DNA of 64,000 bases from Polyangiales bacterium (GTDB taxonomy: Bacteria > Myxococcota_A > Polyangia > Polyangiales > Ga0077539): the NCBI GenBank assembly GCA_044229975.1, contig JBGARZ010000008.1, positions 320,001 through 384,000 of the forward strand, in the 5' to 3' direction. Both the position numbers and the translations under genes were made by a program. Shown here in pieces: positions 40,615 through 50,328 of the stretch; position 1 is the first letter of the stretch; each line of letters opens with the position of its first letter. The notes below the pieces were generated by a model. That model was not told the origin of the DNA and searched no databases. It saw nothing but the letters and a program-made list of their open reading frames with translations.

Positions 40615-42539
40615 ATCGGCATAGGGGCGGCCCCTCCGTGAGGAGGAGCCGACCCCTGCCACACCACCGGACAAGCGGGTCCGCATCCGGCGGTTCGGAC
40701 GGTTGAGGTCACCTCCGTAGCCTCCACAACCCGAGGCTGTCGAACCAACTGGGTCGGAGCGTGAAGCCCAGGCGGAGCGCGCGGCGCCACCAGCCACCGG
40801 CCGAGGCCACCGACTTCCAGCTTGCTTCGTCCCCTTGTCCAAGGGCGCGCAGCGACTGGTAGATCGTGATGCCTCGCTTCCAGTGCTTCAGTTGCACCAT
40901 CCGAAGGCGACGGCGAATCCACTCGTCCAGCCCCTCGAAGAGCTTCGTCTGCTGCGTGAGGCGGTAGTACGCCCACCACCCACGCAGGTACCGATTCAGC
41001 CTCTCGATCAGTTGCACCAGACTGCGACCCGCCGTCCGGCTCGTGAGCTCCCGCACACGCGCCTTGAACGCCTCTTGCGACTTCGCCGACACCCCTCGCT
41101 TCACTTCTCCGCCGTGCGCGTAGAACTGAAAGCCCAGGAACTTCCGTCCCTTGACCGGCGCCACCGCGCTCTTGGACTCGTTGACCCGGAGGTGCAGCGA
41201 CGCGAAGCGCTCCCGCAGGAATGCCATCACTCGCTCGCCCGCCCGCTCCGACCTCACGTACACGTTGAGGTCGTCGGCGTAGCGCACGAACGCGTGACCG
41301 CGCTGCTCCAACTCCTTGTCCACTTCGTCCAGAAGCACGTTCGCCAGCAGTGGTGACAGCGGGCCGCCTTGCGGCGTTCCCTCCGTCCGCGCCGTCGCGA
41401 TCCCGTCGGCCATCATCCCGGCCTCCAGGTAGCGACGGATGAGCCTCAGCAGGCGCTTGTCCTCGATGCGTTTGGCCAACCGGCCCATCAGCACGTCGTG
41501 GTTCACGCGGTCGAAGAACGCTTCGAGGTCCACGTCCACCACCACCCCGCGCCCCTCCTGGACGTAGCGCTGTGCGACGACAATCGCGTCGTGCGCGCTG
41601 CGCCCCGGGCGGAACCCGTAGCTGTGCTGTGAGAAGGTCGGATCGAATCGAGGCTGAAGCACCTGGAGGATCGCCTGTTGGAGGAGACGATCCAGGGCCG
41701 TCGGGATGCCGAGAGTCCTCGTGCCGCCCGACGCCTTGGGGATCTCGCACGATCTCACCGGCTGCGGTTGGTAGCGCCCCGCGAGGAGGTCCTCGCGCAG
41801 ACGCGGCCAGTGCACACGCAGGTGGGCCGCGAGATCCTTCGTCTCCATCCCGTCCACTCCGGGGCTGCCCCGGTTGCTCTGCACCCGCTGGAGCGCCCGC
41901 AAGAGGTTGTCCCTTCCGAGGACCGCCTCCAGCAAGGCGCTGGTGCCCGAGTGCTCGTCTCCTTTCGTCGCCGTGGGGTCTTCCTCGCGGGGCTGCGCGT
42001 TGAGGGCTTCACCCTCGTCGCGCCTCCCTCGCCCCGGTGGTGTCCCGGGCATCTGAGGCGGTTCCCTTTTGAGACTCATGGTCGATGCACCCTCCCTTCC
42101 GTTTGGTCCTTTGCGCGGCCGTCGGCCCTTCGTCGTGGCGTTCCCCGTCGTGTCTCCGACGTCGTTGGCGACGTCGGCGCGGGAGCCCAGGCTTTCGGAC
42201 GCGCTACTACGACCTCTGCTGACTTCCTGCGCCGCACGTTGGTGTGTGTCGCCCTTTCAGGCGTGAAGCAGGATCTCCCCGGGTAAGAAACGCTGGCTTT
42301 CACGGCGCAACCGCCCGATCTACCGCACGGTCTCTTGGTCATTGGAGCTTCGCGGCTCCTTGCCCGCTCGCCCCAGACCGCACGGCCTCACATCGGCTTT
42401 CTGTCCGTCGGCTCGCCGTTTCGCGTCGGGCTTCCTTCAGACAGTCCGTTGCCTCGCTGCCCTTGCCTCTCGCGTGGATCGTCATGACCTACTTTCCCGG
42501 GGACTTGCACCCCGAAGCCAACGCCCATGCCGGGCGCAC
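40615..42539 (-). mobile_element. Group II intron, class IIC
   Basis: 5' GTGCGCCCGGCATGGGCG; domain V GAACCGCCGGATGCGGACCCGCTTGTCCGGTGGTGT; 3' ...CCTATGCCGAT; inserted directly after a hairpin ending in TTT. Confidence 0.92.
40709..42079 (-). CDS. ltrA: Group II intron reverse transcriptase/maturase (no endonuclease domain)
   Basis: GSPGVDG, RTLGIPT, SYGFRPGRS, GTPQGGPLSPLLAN and RYADD motifs; X domain LNRYLRGW. Confidence 0.95.
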   Translation of the reverse strand: MSLKREPPQMPGTPPGRGRRDEGEALNAQPREEDPTATKGDEHSGTSALLEAVLGRDNLLRALQRVQSNRGSPGVDGMETKDLAAHLRVHWPRLREDLLAGRYQPQPVRSCEIPKASGGTRTLGIPTALDRLLQQAILQVLQPRFDPTFSQHSYGFRPGRSAHDAIVVAQRYVQEGRGVVVDVDLEAFFDRVNHDVLMGRLAKRIEDKRLLRLIRRYLEAGMMADGIATARTEGTPQGGPLSPLLANVLLDEVDKELEQRGHAFVRYADDLNVYVRSERAGERVMAFLRERFASLHLRVNESKSAVAPVKGRKFLGFQFYAHGGEVKRGVSAKSQEAFKARVRELTSRTAGRSLVQLIERLNRYLRGWWAYYRLTQQTKLFEGLDEWIRRRLRMVQLKHWKRGITIYQSLRALGQGDEASWKSVASAGGWWRRALRLGFTLRPSWFDSLGLWRLRR

Positions 42540-42646
42540 AAAGCAGGCGCCCCTTCGGGGCTTCCAGAAACGATCAGCCAACCCACTGTGCCGGCTTCGT
42601 GATGAACAAAGCGCCCTTCCGAAAGCCCCGGAGGGGCGCCCGCTTT
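42540..42646. repeat. REPIN/MITE-like hairpin with 30-bp inverted arms
   Basis: 42540-42569 pairs with 42617-42646; each arm has an internal GCCCC..GGGGC hairpin; absent from copy A. Confidence 0.8.
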
Positions 42647-42728
42647 CGCTTGCCCGGCGGTGCAGGCGCGGGACGCGACCAACCCCGGTCTGCCAGCGGA
42701 CGCATCGACCTCCAGAGAGGTATGGCCC

Positions 42729-43298
42729 CTACCGCTGTAGCCGAACCGGAACCCCCCGGCTGGCTGGCGGGCGCGTCACGGTGTTGCCGGGCTTGAGCGT
42801 CACGACCACGTCGACCCAACCGCCTGTCGGGGTCGGGCGCACCACGCGCAGATCGAACGCCGCCGGGTCGTTGACCTGCACCGCGGGGTTCACCACCGCG
42901 TCGAGCGTGTGGTGGTTGTCGTCCTTGCCCGAGATCACGTAGACGTCCTCGCGACCGTTGCGCTGCTCAGCGTCCGCGCGCAGTGACAGAAACCCGTTGC
43001 CCGCACCGCCGCCCCCCGACGTCGGCCAGTAGCAGGTGATCTCGGCCTGGAGCACCTCGGGGTCACGCTCCAGCGCCGTCCCCACCGCAGGCGATGCGGG
43101 CACCGTCCCCTGGATGCGCGCCACCAATCCGCCGTTGCGCACCTCCTCGCAGCGCGCGCCCGCTGTGACAGCAAGCGACTGCACCTGCGACAGGTGACGA
43201 TCGACCGTCGGTCGCAGCGCCGCCGGAACGCGCCGACACCCGACGACCACCACGAGCCCGAGCGAGAGCATGCGCCATGCGTGCGGAGAGGTTCCCAT
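42729..43298 (-). CDS. Hypothetical lipoprotein
   Basis: VVVGC lipobox; its TAG stop lies inside the GTAG end of element copy B. Confidence 0.55.
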   Translation of the reverse strand: MGTSPHAWRMLSLGLVVVVGCRRVPAALRPTVDRHLSQVQSLAVTAGARCEEVRNGGLVARIQGTVPASPAVGTALERDPEVLQAEITCYWPTSGGGGAGNGFLSLRADAEQRNGREDVYVISGKDDNHHTLDAVVNPAVQVNDPAAFDLRVVRPTPTGGWVDVVVTLKPGNTVTRPPASRGVPVRLQR

Positions 43299-43347
43299 CG
43301 GCCGAACGTACCTATGCTCGATGGCGAAGGAAGAGCGCGAGCTTTTC

Positions 43348-43947
43348 CTACTCTCGCGCGGCCGCGACCATCGCCAGCACCTGGGCCAGCCAGTCGTCGG
43401 CGGGAATCTCCTCGCGCCCGTCGGCGACGCGCAGCGCGCGCACGGCGACGGCGATGGGGTCTCGCTGGGTCTGGTAGCCGTACCGCCGATCGATGGTCTG
43501 GACTGGCGCGACGGAGACTTCCTTCCCCCGCGCCGCGTCGAGCAGCACCCGCGCGTACACCGTCAGGACGCCGCGCTCACAGAGCTGGGACAGCTCGGCC
43601 CGCCGGGCCCGCAGCGCGCTGCTCTCGGTCTGCGCCGCCACGTCGCACGCCTTCACGGCCTCGCGCAACTCACCGAGCCGAGTGCGAATCACCGCGAGCT
43701 GGTTGCGCGCCCGCACGAGCGCCGCCGACGAGAGGTCGGCCGCGCGCAGGGTGGACATCGTCGGACGGGCGCTCTCCCGCGTCGACCGCACGCCCGAGAC
43801 GTCTTCGAAGAGCAGCGGCCCGGTCTCAGCGACGCTCTCATCCGAACTGTCCGCCGAGGAGTTGCGCGCGCGGCTCATGGACCATGATGTGTCGCAAAGG
43901 GCGCGCCGAGTCGAGCAAGCTCGGCCTTGAGGCCGCGAAAAAGACAT
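43348..43947 (-). CDS. Hypothetical protein (start uncertain)
   Basis: Helical-looking ORF. Confidence 0.45.
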   Translation of the reverse strand: MSFSRPQGRACSTRRALCDTSWSMSRARNSSADSSDESVAETGPLLFEDVSGVRSTRESARPTMSTLRAADLSSAALVRARNQLAVIRTRLGELREAVKACDVAAQTESSALRARRAELSQLCERGVLTVYARVLLDAARGKEVSVAPVQTIDRRYGYQTQRDPIAVAVRALRVADGREEIPADDWLAQVLAMVAAARE

Positions 43948-44037
43948 CGACGCGAGAGTCGATCAGGAGGGGGGTGTGGGAATCGGATACAGCCTTGTAC
44001 GAACCGTACACACCAGTGATCACGGGGCCCCCAGGCG

Positions 44038-45351
44038 CTACGTGAACATCCCCAGGAAGGGCGCGGCCATCAACGGCGCAGCGGGGAGCCAGAGCACGGC
44101 GAGCCCGAAGGTCGCCGCGGTGGTCTCGCAGTCCGCGAGCGAGCGAGTCCACCCCGCCGCATCGACCGGCAGCACCACCGCGTCGCGAAACGCCACCGCG
44201 TCGCGAAACGCCGCCGTCGCGAGGGTGGGCGCGCCGACCACGACGACCGCGCCCGTGTGGCCAACGAGCGCCTCGGGCAGGCGCACGATCTCGCCGTCGG
44301 CGCAGTACACGCTGCCGTCACGCGCGATGCCCGGACGCATCGGGAGTGACCTCCACGCATCGAGCGCGCGGCGGGTGCGCGAGCGGGTCCAGAGCGCGAC
44401 GGTGAGGGCGAGGGCGGCGCCGACGATCCACTCCCACGGCGGGGCGACGAAGAGCAGGTGGCGGGGAGAGCCCTTGAGTCCGATGACGGAGCTGCCGACG
44501 GAGATGAAGAGCTGCTCGTGGTAGCGCGGCGCTTCGAAGAGGGCGCCCGAGAACCTGCGCAAGGGCTGGCAGTAGAGATGGACCCGCTCGGCGCAACCGT
44601 GGCGGACGTGCGAGCGACCGGGGAATCCCGTGATGCAGCGATTGCCCTCGCGCCGCTGCTCGATGCCAGGCCCTCCGGGTGTGCTGGCGATGAACAACCC
44701 GGGGGTGTCGCGCGACGGCTCGAAGACGGCGACCGCGTGGCGATAGTCGCGCAGCCCTTCCTCGACGGAGTGGGTCGCGGTCCGCCACGTCGATGCGGCC
44801 AGCGCGACCACGACGACGGCCATCGACGCGCGGAAGGCGAGGGTCGTCGCGCGCGGTGACCACGGGGCAGAGGTCAGCGAGGTGCGCGCCACCTCGATGG
44901 TCGTCGGCAGCACGAAGAGCATGAAGAAGGACGAGCAGGTGAGGATGCTGATGCCGAGCGAGCCGCCAGCGTCGCCGTCGGAGTCGACGCGGCAGCCCAG
45001 GGGCCACGCCAGGACGAGCCACGGCGACAGCCACCACAGGGCCCGGTAGAGCGACTGCACAGCACCTGGATCGAGCCGACGACGCAGCGACAGCATGAGC
45101 GGAAGGAAGCCGCAGCACGCGCCGATGGCCGCGAGCGGATAGAGCAGCGCGGCGCCCTCGCGAGTCGACAGGACACTACTCGCGACCGCGACCACCCACG
45201 TCAGCACGAACAAGAACGGCGTCAGCCAGTGCACCCAGAACCCACCGCGCTTTGGAGGCACACCGTGGCGGGAGAGCGCGAACGCGTCGGGCGCGGGGAT
45301 CCACGGCGGCGGTCGGAGCGGGCGTCGCGTGGGTGGGTCGTCGCTCGCCAT
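44038..45351 (-). CDS. Hypothetical multi-pass membrane protein
   Basis: Several TM segments. Confidence 0.6.
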   Translation of the reverse strand: MASDDPPTRRPLRPPPWIPAPDAFALSRHGVPPKRGGFWVHWLTPFLFVLTWVVAVASSVLSTREGAALLYPLAAIGACCGFLPLMLSLRRRLDPGAVQSLYRALWWLSPWLVLAWPLGCRVDSDGDAGGSLGISILTCSSFFMLFVLPTTIEVARTSLTSAPWSPRATTLAFRASMAVVVVALAASTWRTATHSVEEGLRDYRHAVAVFEPSRDTPGLFIASTPGGPGIEQRREGNRCITGFPGRSHVRHGCAERVHLYCQPLRRFSGALFEAPRYHEQLFISVGSSVIGLKGSPRHLLFVAPPWEWIVGAALALTVALWTRSRTRRALDAWRSLPMRPGIARDGSVYCADGEIVRLPEALVGHTGAVVVVGAPTLATAAFRDAVAFRDAVVLPVDAAGWTRSLADCETTAATFGLAVLWLPAAPLMAAPFLGMFT

Positions 45352-45511
45352 CGGGGCGATGGTAACGCGTTCGTCCGATGGTGAGCCGAAGCGCGCGCGG
45401 GTGTTGGCGAGCGGGCAATCGGAACGTAGGCGTCGCGTCCCTTCGGGTAAGTCCGCGTTGAGGAGGCGTGAGTGGGCGCTCGCCGATCGTCCGGTGATAC
45501 CGTCGTCCCCG

Positions 45512-48055
45512 ATGCGCTACTCCATCCTCGCCCTCGTCGTCCTCGCGAGCGTCGCCTGCTCGACCGGCAACTCCGTCGTGGGTGGCCCCACCGACAGCGC
45601 CGTCACCGACATCGCCGAGCTCGATCGCGGCACCCTCGACGCCCCCGCCCTCGACGCCCCCGCGCTCGACGTCCCCGCGCTCGATGTCGCGCTCGATGTC
45701 GTGCTCGACGCCCCCGTCGACGCGCCCTTCCGCTGCACCACCAACGCCGACTGCGCGGGCAACACCGCCGGGTCGGTCTGCGACGTCACCACTGGTGCCT
45801 GCGTGCAGTGCGTGGCGTCCGCCGACACCTGTCCCACCGGGCAGTACTGCGTCACCGCGTCCAACACCTGCGCCGCCGGGTGCCGCGACGACGACGCCTG
45901 CGCCGCCGTCTCCACCGACGGCGGTACCTCCTCCGCCACGCCCCGCTGCAACGTCGCCACGCGTGCGTGTGTCGCCTGCGTCACCGACGACCACTGCCCC
46001 GCGGGCAACCTCTGCGTCGGCAACCTCTGCGTCGTCGGCTGCAACGCGACGCGCGCCTGCCCCACGGGCCAGACCTGCTGCTCCGGCGGGTGCGTCGACA
46101 CCCAGTCCAACACCGCCGCCTGCGGCGCCTGCGACGCCCGCTGCATGGCCCCCAACTCCGTGCCCGCGTGCCTCAACGGCATGTGCACCGTCGGCACCTG
46201 CACGGCCCCCTTCGCCGACTGCAACGGCTCCGTCTCCGACGGCTGCGAGACCAACACCCAGTCCGACGTCGACCACTGCGGGAGCTGCCCCGCCCGCTGC
46301 GCCGCGCACCCCAACACCATCGCCCGCTGCGCCGCCGGGACCTGCGCCTACGAGTGCATCACCGGCTTCGCCGACTGCGACAGCGACATGTCCAACGGCT
46401 GCGAGGTCGACACCCGCACCGACACCTCCCACTGCGGCCGCTGCGGCGGCGCGTGCTCGCTCGCCAACGCCACGGCCGCCTGCACCGCGGGCGCCTGCAC
46501 CATCGCTACGTGCACGACCGGCTTCGGAGACTGCGACGGCAACGCCCCCAACGGGTGCGAGACCGACACCCGCACCAGCGTCTCCCACTGCGGCGCGTGC
46601 GCCAACGCCTGCCCCGGCGCGCCCAACGCCGTCGCCGCGTGCGCCACCGGGACGTGCGCCCTCACCTGCACCGCGGGCTTCGCCGAGTGCGACGGCAACG
46701 CCACCAACGGCTGCGAGGTCGACACCCGCACCAGCGCCACCCACTGCGGCGGCTGCGGGCGCACCTGCATGCTCGCCAACGCCACCGCGAGCTGCTCCGG
46801 GTCGCTCTGCGCCGTCGCCTCGTGCGCGCCCGGCTTCGGTGACTGCGACGGGACGGCGAGCAACGGCTGCGAGGTCGACACCCGCACCACGGTTACCCAC
46901 TGCGGAACCTGCAACAACACCTGCTCCTTCCCCAACGCGGCGGCGATCTGCGCGTCGGGCGCCTGCGCGCTCGGGACATGCAACGCGGGCTACAGCAACT
47001 GCGACGGCGTCGCCGCCAACGGCTGCGAGGTCGACACGCGCACCGACGTCACCCACTGCGGGTCGTGCAGCCGCGCGTGCGCGGTGGTCAACGGAACGCC
47101 CGGGTGCGCCGCGGGCGACTGCACCGTCGCGGCCTGCAACACCGGCTACGCCAACTGCGACGCGATGGTCGCCACCGGCTGCGAGGTCGACACCCGCGTC
47201 AGCACTGCCCACTGCGGCGGCTGCGGCATGGCCTGCGGCGCGGGGTACACCTGTGAGGCGTCGGCGTGTGTTCCGGCGACGGGGTGCGCGGCGATCCATG
47301 CGCGCTCCCCGACGCTGCCGAGCGGGGTGTATCGGCTCGACCCCGACGGCGCGGGCGGCGCGGCGGCCTTCGACGCGTACTGCGACATGACCACCGACGG
47401 CGGCGGCTGGACCCTCGTCGCCACCGTCTACAACACCCCCACGACAGACGTCCGCCGCTGGAACACCGACGCCGTCTTCAGCGATGGCAGCACCTTCGGG
47501 AGCCTCGCGGCGCGCGACACCGACGACTACAAGAGCGCCGGCTACGCGACGGTGCGGGCCAACGACCTCCTGGTGCTGACCGACGAGTACCACTTCGGGT
47601 TTCGCTCGCTGCTCGGCACCACGGCCCTCGGCCCCTACGTGGGCTCGCGGGTGACGTCGATGTGCGCGCAGAGCTGGATCCGTTCGGGGGTCGACTTCGC
47701 GTCGTCCAACCTCAGCGCCACCCAGCGGCAGGGGCTCGGCTTCGTGGTGCGCGGCCTCGACTTCAACGGCGGCGGCCCCTCCAACGCCTGCGCCACCACC
47801 GGCACCAACGAGAACAACTTCCTCAGCTTCGCGTCAGGCCCCTCGTGGTGGCTCTTCGGCGTCGGCAACTGCGTGAGCTGCGCCAGCGACTGGACCACCT
47901 ACGACAACGGCATGCTCAACCTCGCCACGCTCACCTTCGCCGCGTGCTCGGCGGGCGCGTGGCCCTGCAACGGCAACTCTCTCTACTGGTCCAACGCCGC
48001 GTACCCCTCCAGCACCGCGACCAAGACCCGCTACGTGCAGCTCCTGGTGCGCTGA
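45512..48055 (+). CDS. Cys-rich repeat lipoprotein with C-terminal fibrinogen-like domain
   Basis: Lipobox SVAC; GFADCDG..NGCEVDTRT repeats; SGVYRLDPDG..YCDMTTDGGGWTLV. Confidence 0.88.
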   Translation: MRYSILALVVLASVACSTGNSVVGGPTDSAVTDIAELDRGTLDAPALDAPALDVPALDVALDVVLDAPVDAPFRCTTNADCAGNTAGSVCDVTTGACVQCVASADTCPTGQYCVTASNTCAAGCRDDDACAAVSTDGGTSSATPRCNVATRACVACVTDDHCPAGNLCVGNLCVVGCNATRACPTGQTCCSGGCVDTQSNTAACGACDARCMAPNSVPACLNGMCTVGTCTAPFADCNGSVSDGCETNTQSDVDHCGSCPARCAAHPNTIARCAAGTCAYECITGFADCDSDMSNGCEVDTRTDTSHCGRCGGACSLANATAACTAGACTIATCTTGFGDCDGNAPNGCETDTRTSVSHCGACANACPGAPNAVAACATGTCALTCTAGFAECDGNATNGCEVDTRTSATHCGGCGRTCMLANATASCSGSLCAVASCAPGFGDCDGTASNGCEVDTRTTVTHCGTCNNTCSFPNAAAICASGACALGTCNAGYSNCDGVAANGCEVDTRTDVTHCGSCSRACAVVNGTPGCAAGDCTVAACNTGYANCDAMVATGCEVDTRVSTAHCGGCGMACGAGYTCEASACVPATGCAAIHARSPTLPSGVYRLDPDGAGGAAAFDAYCDMTTDGGGWTLVATVYNTPTTDVRRWNTDAVFSDGSTFGSLAARDTDDYKSAGYATVRANDLLVLTDEYHFGFRSLLGTTALGPYVGSRVTSMCAQSWIRSGVDFASSNLSATQRQGLGFVVRGLDFNGGGPSNACATTGTNENNFLSFASGPSWWLFGVGNCVSCASDWTTYDNGMLNLATLTFAACSAGAWPCNGNSLYWSNAAYPSSTATKTRYVQLLVR

Positions 48056-48056
48056 C

Positions 48057-49988
48057 TCACCCCAGCGCCTCGCCCTCGTCCGACCACGCGCTGCACCACG
48101 CGTCCGTCGCCTGCGCGTGCTCCAACAGGCCCTTGTAGTACCGGTGACGCGCCATCAGCCCGCCGTCACCCAGCACCAGCAGCCAGCGCTTCGCCCGCGT
48201 GAGCGCGACGTTCATCCGCCGCACGTCGCGCAGGAAGCCGATCTCCCCCTCGTCGTTGCTGCGCACCAGGTCGACCACCATCACCAGCTTCTCGCGGCCC
48301 TGGAAGCCGTCGACGCTGCTCACCTCCAGGCCCTCGTCGAGCAGGTCCGTCGCGCGATCACGGATCTCCCTCACCTGCGCCTGGTACGGCGTGATGACCC
48401 CGATGTCCGTCGGCGAGATCCCGCGCGACACCAGCCGTCGCACCTCGGCCACCGCGCGCTCCGCGTTGCCCGGGTTGCGCGTGCTCGGGTCTTCGCCCTC
48501 CCGAACCTCCTCCCACCCACGCCCCACCGCGTCGAGCAGCACGAAGGGCCCCGGTCGCGCCGGGTCTTCCCTCGCTCCGACGTCACTCAGCAACGCGTGC
48601 GCGACCCACGGCGCGGCCCGCAGCTCACCGCCGTACGTAGCAGCGTTGGGGTACGCCATCAGCGCCTCGTGCATCCGGTGCTGCACCCGCAGCAGCGTCA
48701 CCAGCGAGCGTGAGTGAGGACCCGCCGCGAGGCGCTCGAAGAAGGTCTCGGCGAGCCCGAGCTTCTCGGCCTCCTCACCGATGACCGTCGGCGGGAGCTG
48801 GTGCGGATCACCCGCGAGCACCGCGATGGGCGCGTGCTGTAGCGCGACGAGCGCGATGGGGTCGGGCGCCTGCGTCGCCTCGTCGAGCACCACGCGGTCG
48901 AAGCGAAGGCTCGCGATCTGCCACGACTCTGATCCGGCGGCGGTGACGGCGATGACCTCCGCGCCGTCGAGGATGCCCGCCTGCGCGTCGCGGGTCGCCC
49001 GGCGTGCGCTCGCGAAGAGGCCGCCCACCTCGGCCCGAACATCACGGCGCTCCTGGCCAGTGGCCGCGTTGCGCTTCTCGCGCTGACGGAGGCGCTGGCG
49101 GAGGGACTCGGCCTCGCGGATCCAGTCGCGCGCGAGGCGCGAGGCGTCGCTCGCTTCGAGGAGCGCGTCGAGGGTGTGCGCTTCCATCTCTGGAGAGACG
49201 CGCGCGGGGTGGCCGATGCGCACGAGACGAACGCCCGCGAGCACGAGCCGCTCGGCGAGGTTGTCGACGGCGGTGTGGCTGGCGGCGGTGACCAGCACCC
49301 GCTCACCCCGCGCCACGGCCTGCCGAACGATCTCCGCGAGGGTGCGGGTCTTGCCGGTTCCGGGTGGGCCGAGGACGAGGGAGAGGTCGCGGCCGAGGGC
49401 GCGCTGCACGGCGGTGCGCTGGTCGTCTTCGAGCGCGTCGTCGAACCACTCGGTGACGGCCACGGCCGACTCATTGGGCGGCGGAGGAGAGACGCCGAAG
49501 AGGACGTTGAGGTGCTGCCACGCGACGCTGCCGGGGGTCTCGGCGGCGGCGGCGTCGAGGGCAGCGCGGCCGCGGTTGTAGGTGACGTCGGAGGCTTCGG
49601 CGTCGAGGCGCCAGCCAGGTTCCCAGAGGTCGTCGGCGTCGGAGTCGGCGATCATCACGCCGACGCGGTCGGGGCTGCGGCGAGCCATCACGCCGCGGAT
49701 GGCGCCGGGCTCGTCGGGCTGCGCGCGCCACAGGATGACGGGGTCGCCGGGGCCGAGGCGCAGGTCGCGGAGGTTGGCGCCGCGCTCGGGGCGAAACCAC
49801 AGGAGCAGGCGCTCACCGGGCGCGGGGAGGGCTTCATCGAGGGAGAGGTTGCGCAGCGCGAGGCGGGCCTCGACGCGGTCGGCGATGGTGGTCGAAGCGC
49901 GCTCGGCGGCGAAGCGTTCGCGGACGGCGTCGCGCTCGGCGGACCACGCGCGTTGCAGACGGGAGAGGTGGGAGGAGAGGTCGCTCAC
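48057..49988 (-). CDS. IGHMBP2/UPF1-like SF1 helicase
   Basis: GPPGTGKT, DEATQ, GDPHQLPP, QHRM, SVDGFQGRE and NVALTRA motifs. Confidence 0.92.
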   Translation of the reverse strand: MSDLSSHLSRLQRAWSAERDAVRERFAAERASTTIADRVEARLALRNLSLDEALPAPGERLLLWFRPERGANLRDLRLGPGDPVILWRAQPDEPGAIRGVMARRSPDRVGVMIADSDADDLWEPGWRLDAEASDVTYNRGRAALDAAAAETPGSVAWQHLNVLFGVSPPPPNESAVAVTEWFDDALEDDQRTAVQRALGRDLSLVLGPPGTGKTRTLAEIVRQAVARGERVLVTAASHTAVDNLAERLVLAGVRLVRIGHPARVSPEMEAHTLDALLEASDASRLARDWIREAESLRQRLRQREKRNAATGQERRDVRAEVGGLFASARRATRDAQAGILDGAEVIAVTAAGSESWQIASLRFDRVVLDEATQAPDPIALVALQHAPIAVLAGDPHQLPPTVIGEEAEKLGLAETFFERLAAGPHSRSLVTLLRVQHRMHEALMAYPNAATYGGELRAAPWVAHALLSDVGAREDPARPGPFVLLDAVGRGWEEVREGEDPSTRNPGNAERAVAEVRRLVSRGISPTDIGVITPYQAQVREIRDRATDLLDEGLEVSSVDGFQGREKLVMVVDLVRSNDEGEIGFLRDVRRMNVALTRAKRWLLVLGDGGLMARHRYYKGLLEHAQATDAWCSAWSDEGEALG

Positions 49989-50021
49989 GGCGTGCGCAGG
50001 GTAGCGCGAGGCAGTGGGTGC

Positions 50022-50194
50022 GGGGCGCTACTCGTCGGACGAGTGAGCGCGCGAGACGGCTCCGGGGCGTCACTCGTCGGACGAGTGAGCGCGCCAGACG
50101 GCTCCAGGGCGCTACTCGTCGGAAGAGTGGGCTCCCGGGACGCCTCGGGGGCGCTACTCGTCGGACGAGTGAGCACGCCAGACGGCTCCGGGGC
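50022..50194. repeat. Four tandem 42-bp repeats, each with a palindromic core
   Basis: Units at 50022, 50064, 50106 and 50148; core ACTCGTCGGACGAGT. Confidence 0.9.
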
Positions 50195-50328
50195 CTTCCT
50201 CCGACGACCGCCCACGCCCGCGGCGGCCGATCGGCGCGAGGCAGGGACGGCTTCTTCGGGAGCTTCGGGGAGGGCATCATGACGCCGATGATCGTCCGAA
50301 GCGCCTGACCCGTCGTATCGTCGGCGCC

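Larger units (their letters stand above)
40386..42735 (-). repeat. Copy B of the same element (40386-40614 + ~42642-42735), interrupted by the intron and a REPIN-like hairpin
   Basis: Reverse-complement identity to 40045-40365 on both sides of the insertion. Confidence 0.9.

Noticed and set aside
40709..42079. Retron, DGR or defence RT
   Set aside because: Canonical group II intron ends, domain V and maturase domain explain it fully.
43996..44010. TGTACG-AAC-CGTACA palindrome as a LexA box
   Set aside because: Single short dyad that does not fit a LexA consensus I can support.
50022..50194. CRISPR array
   Set aside because: The inter-core sequences resemble each other rather than being unique spacers, and no cas genes are present.
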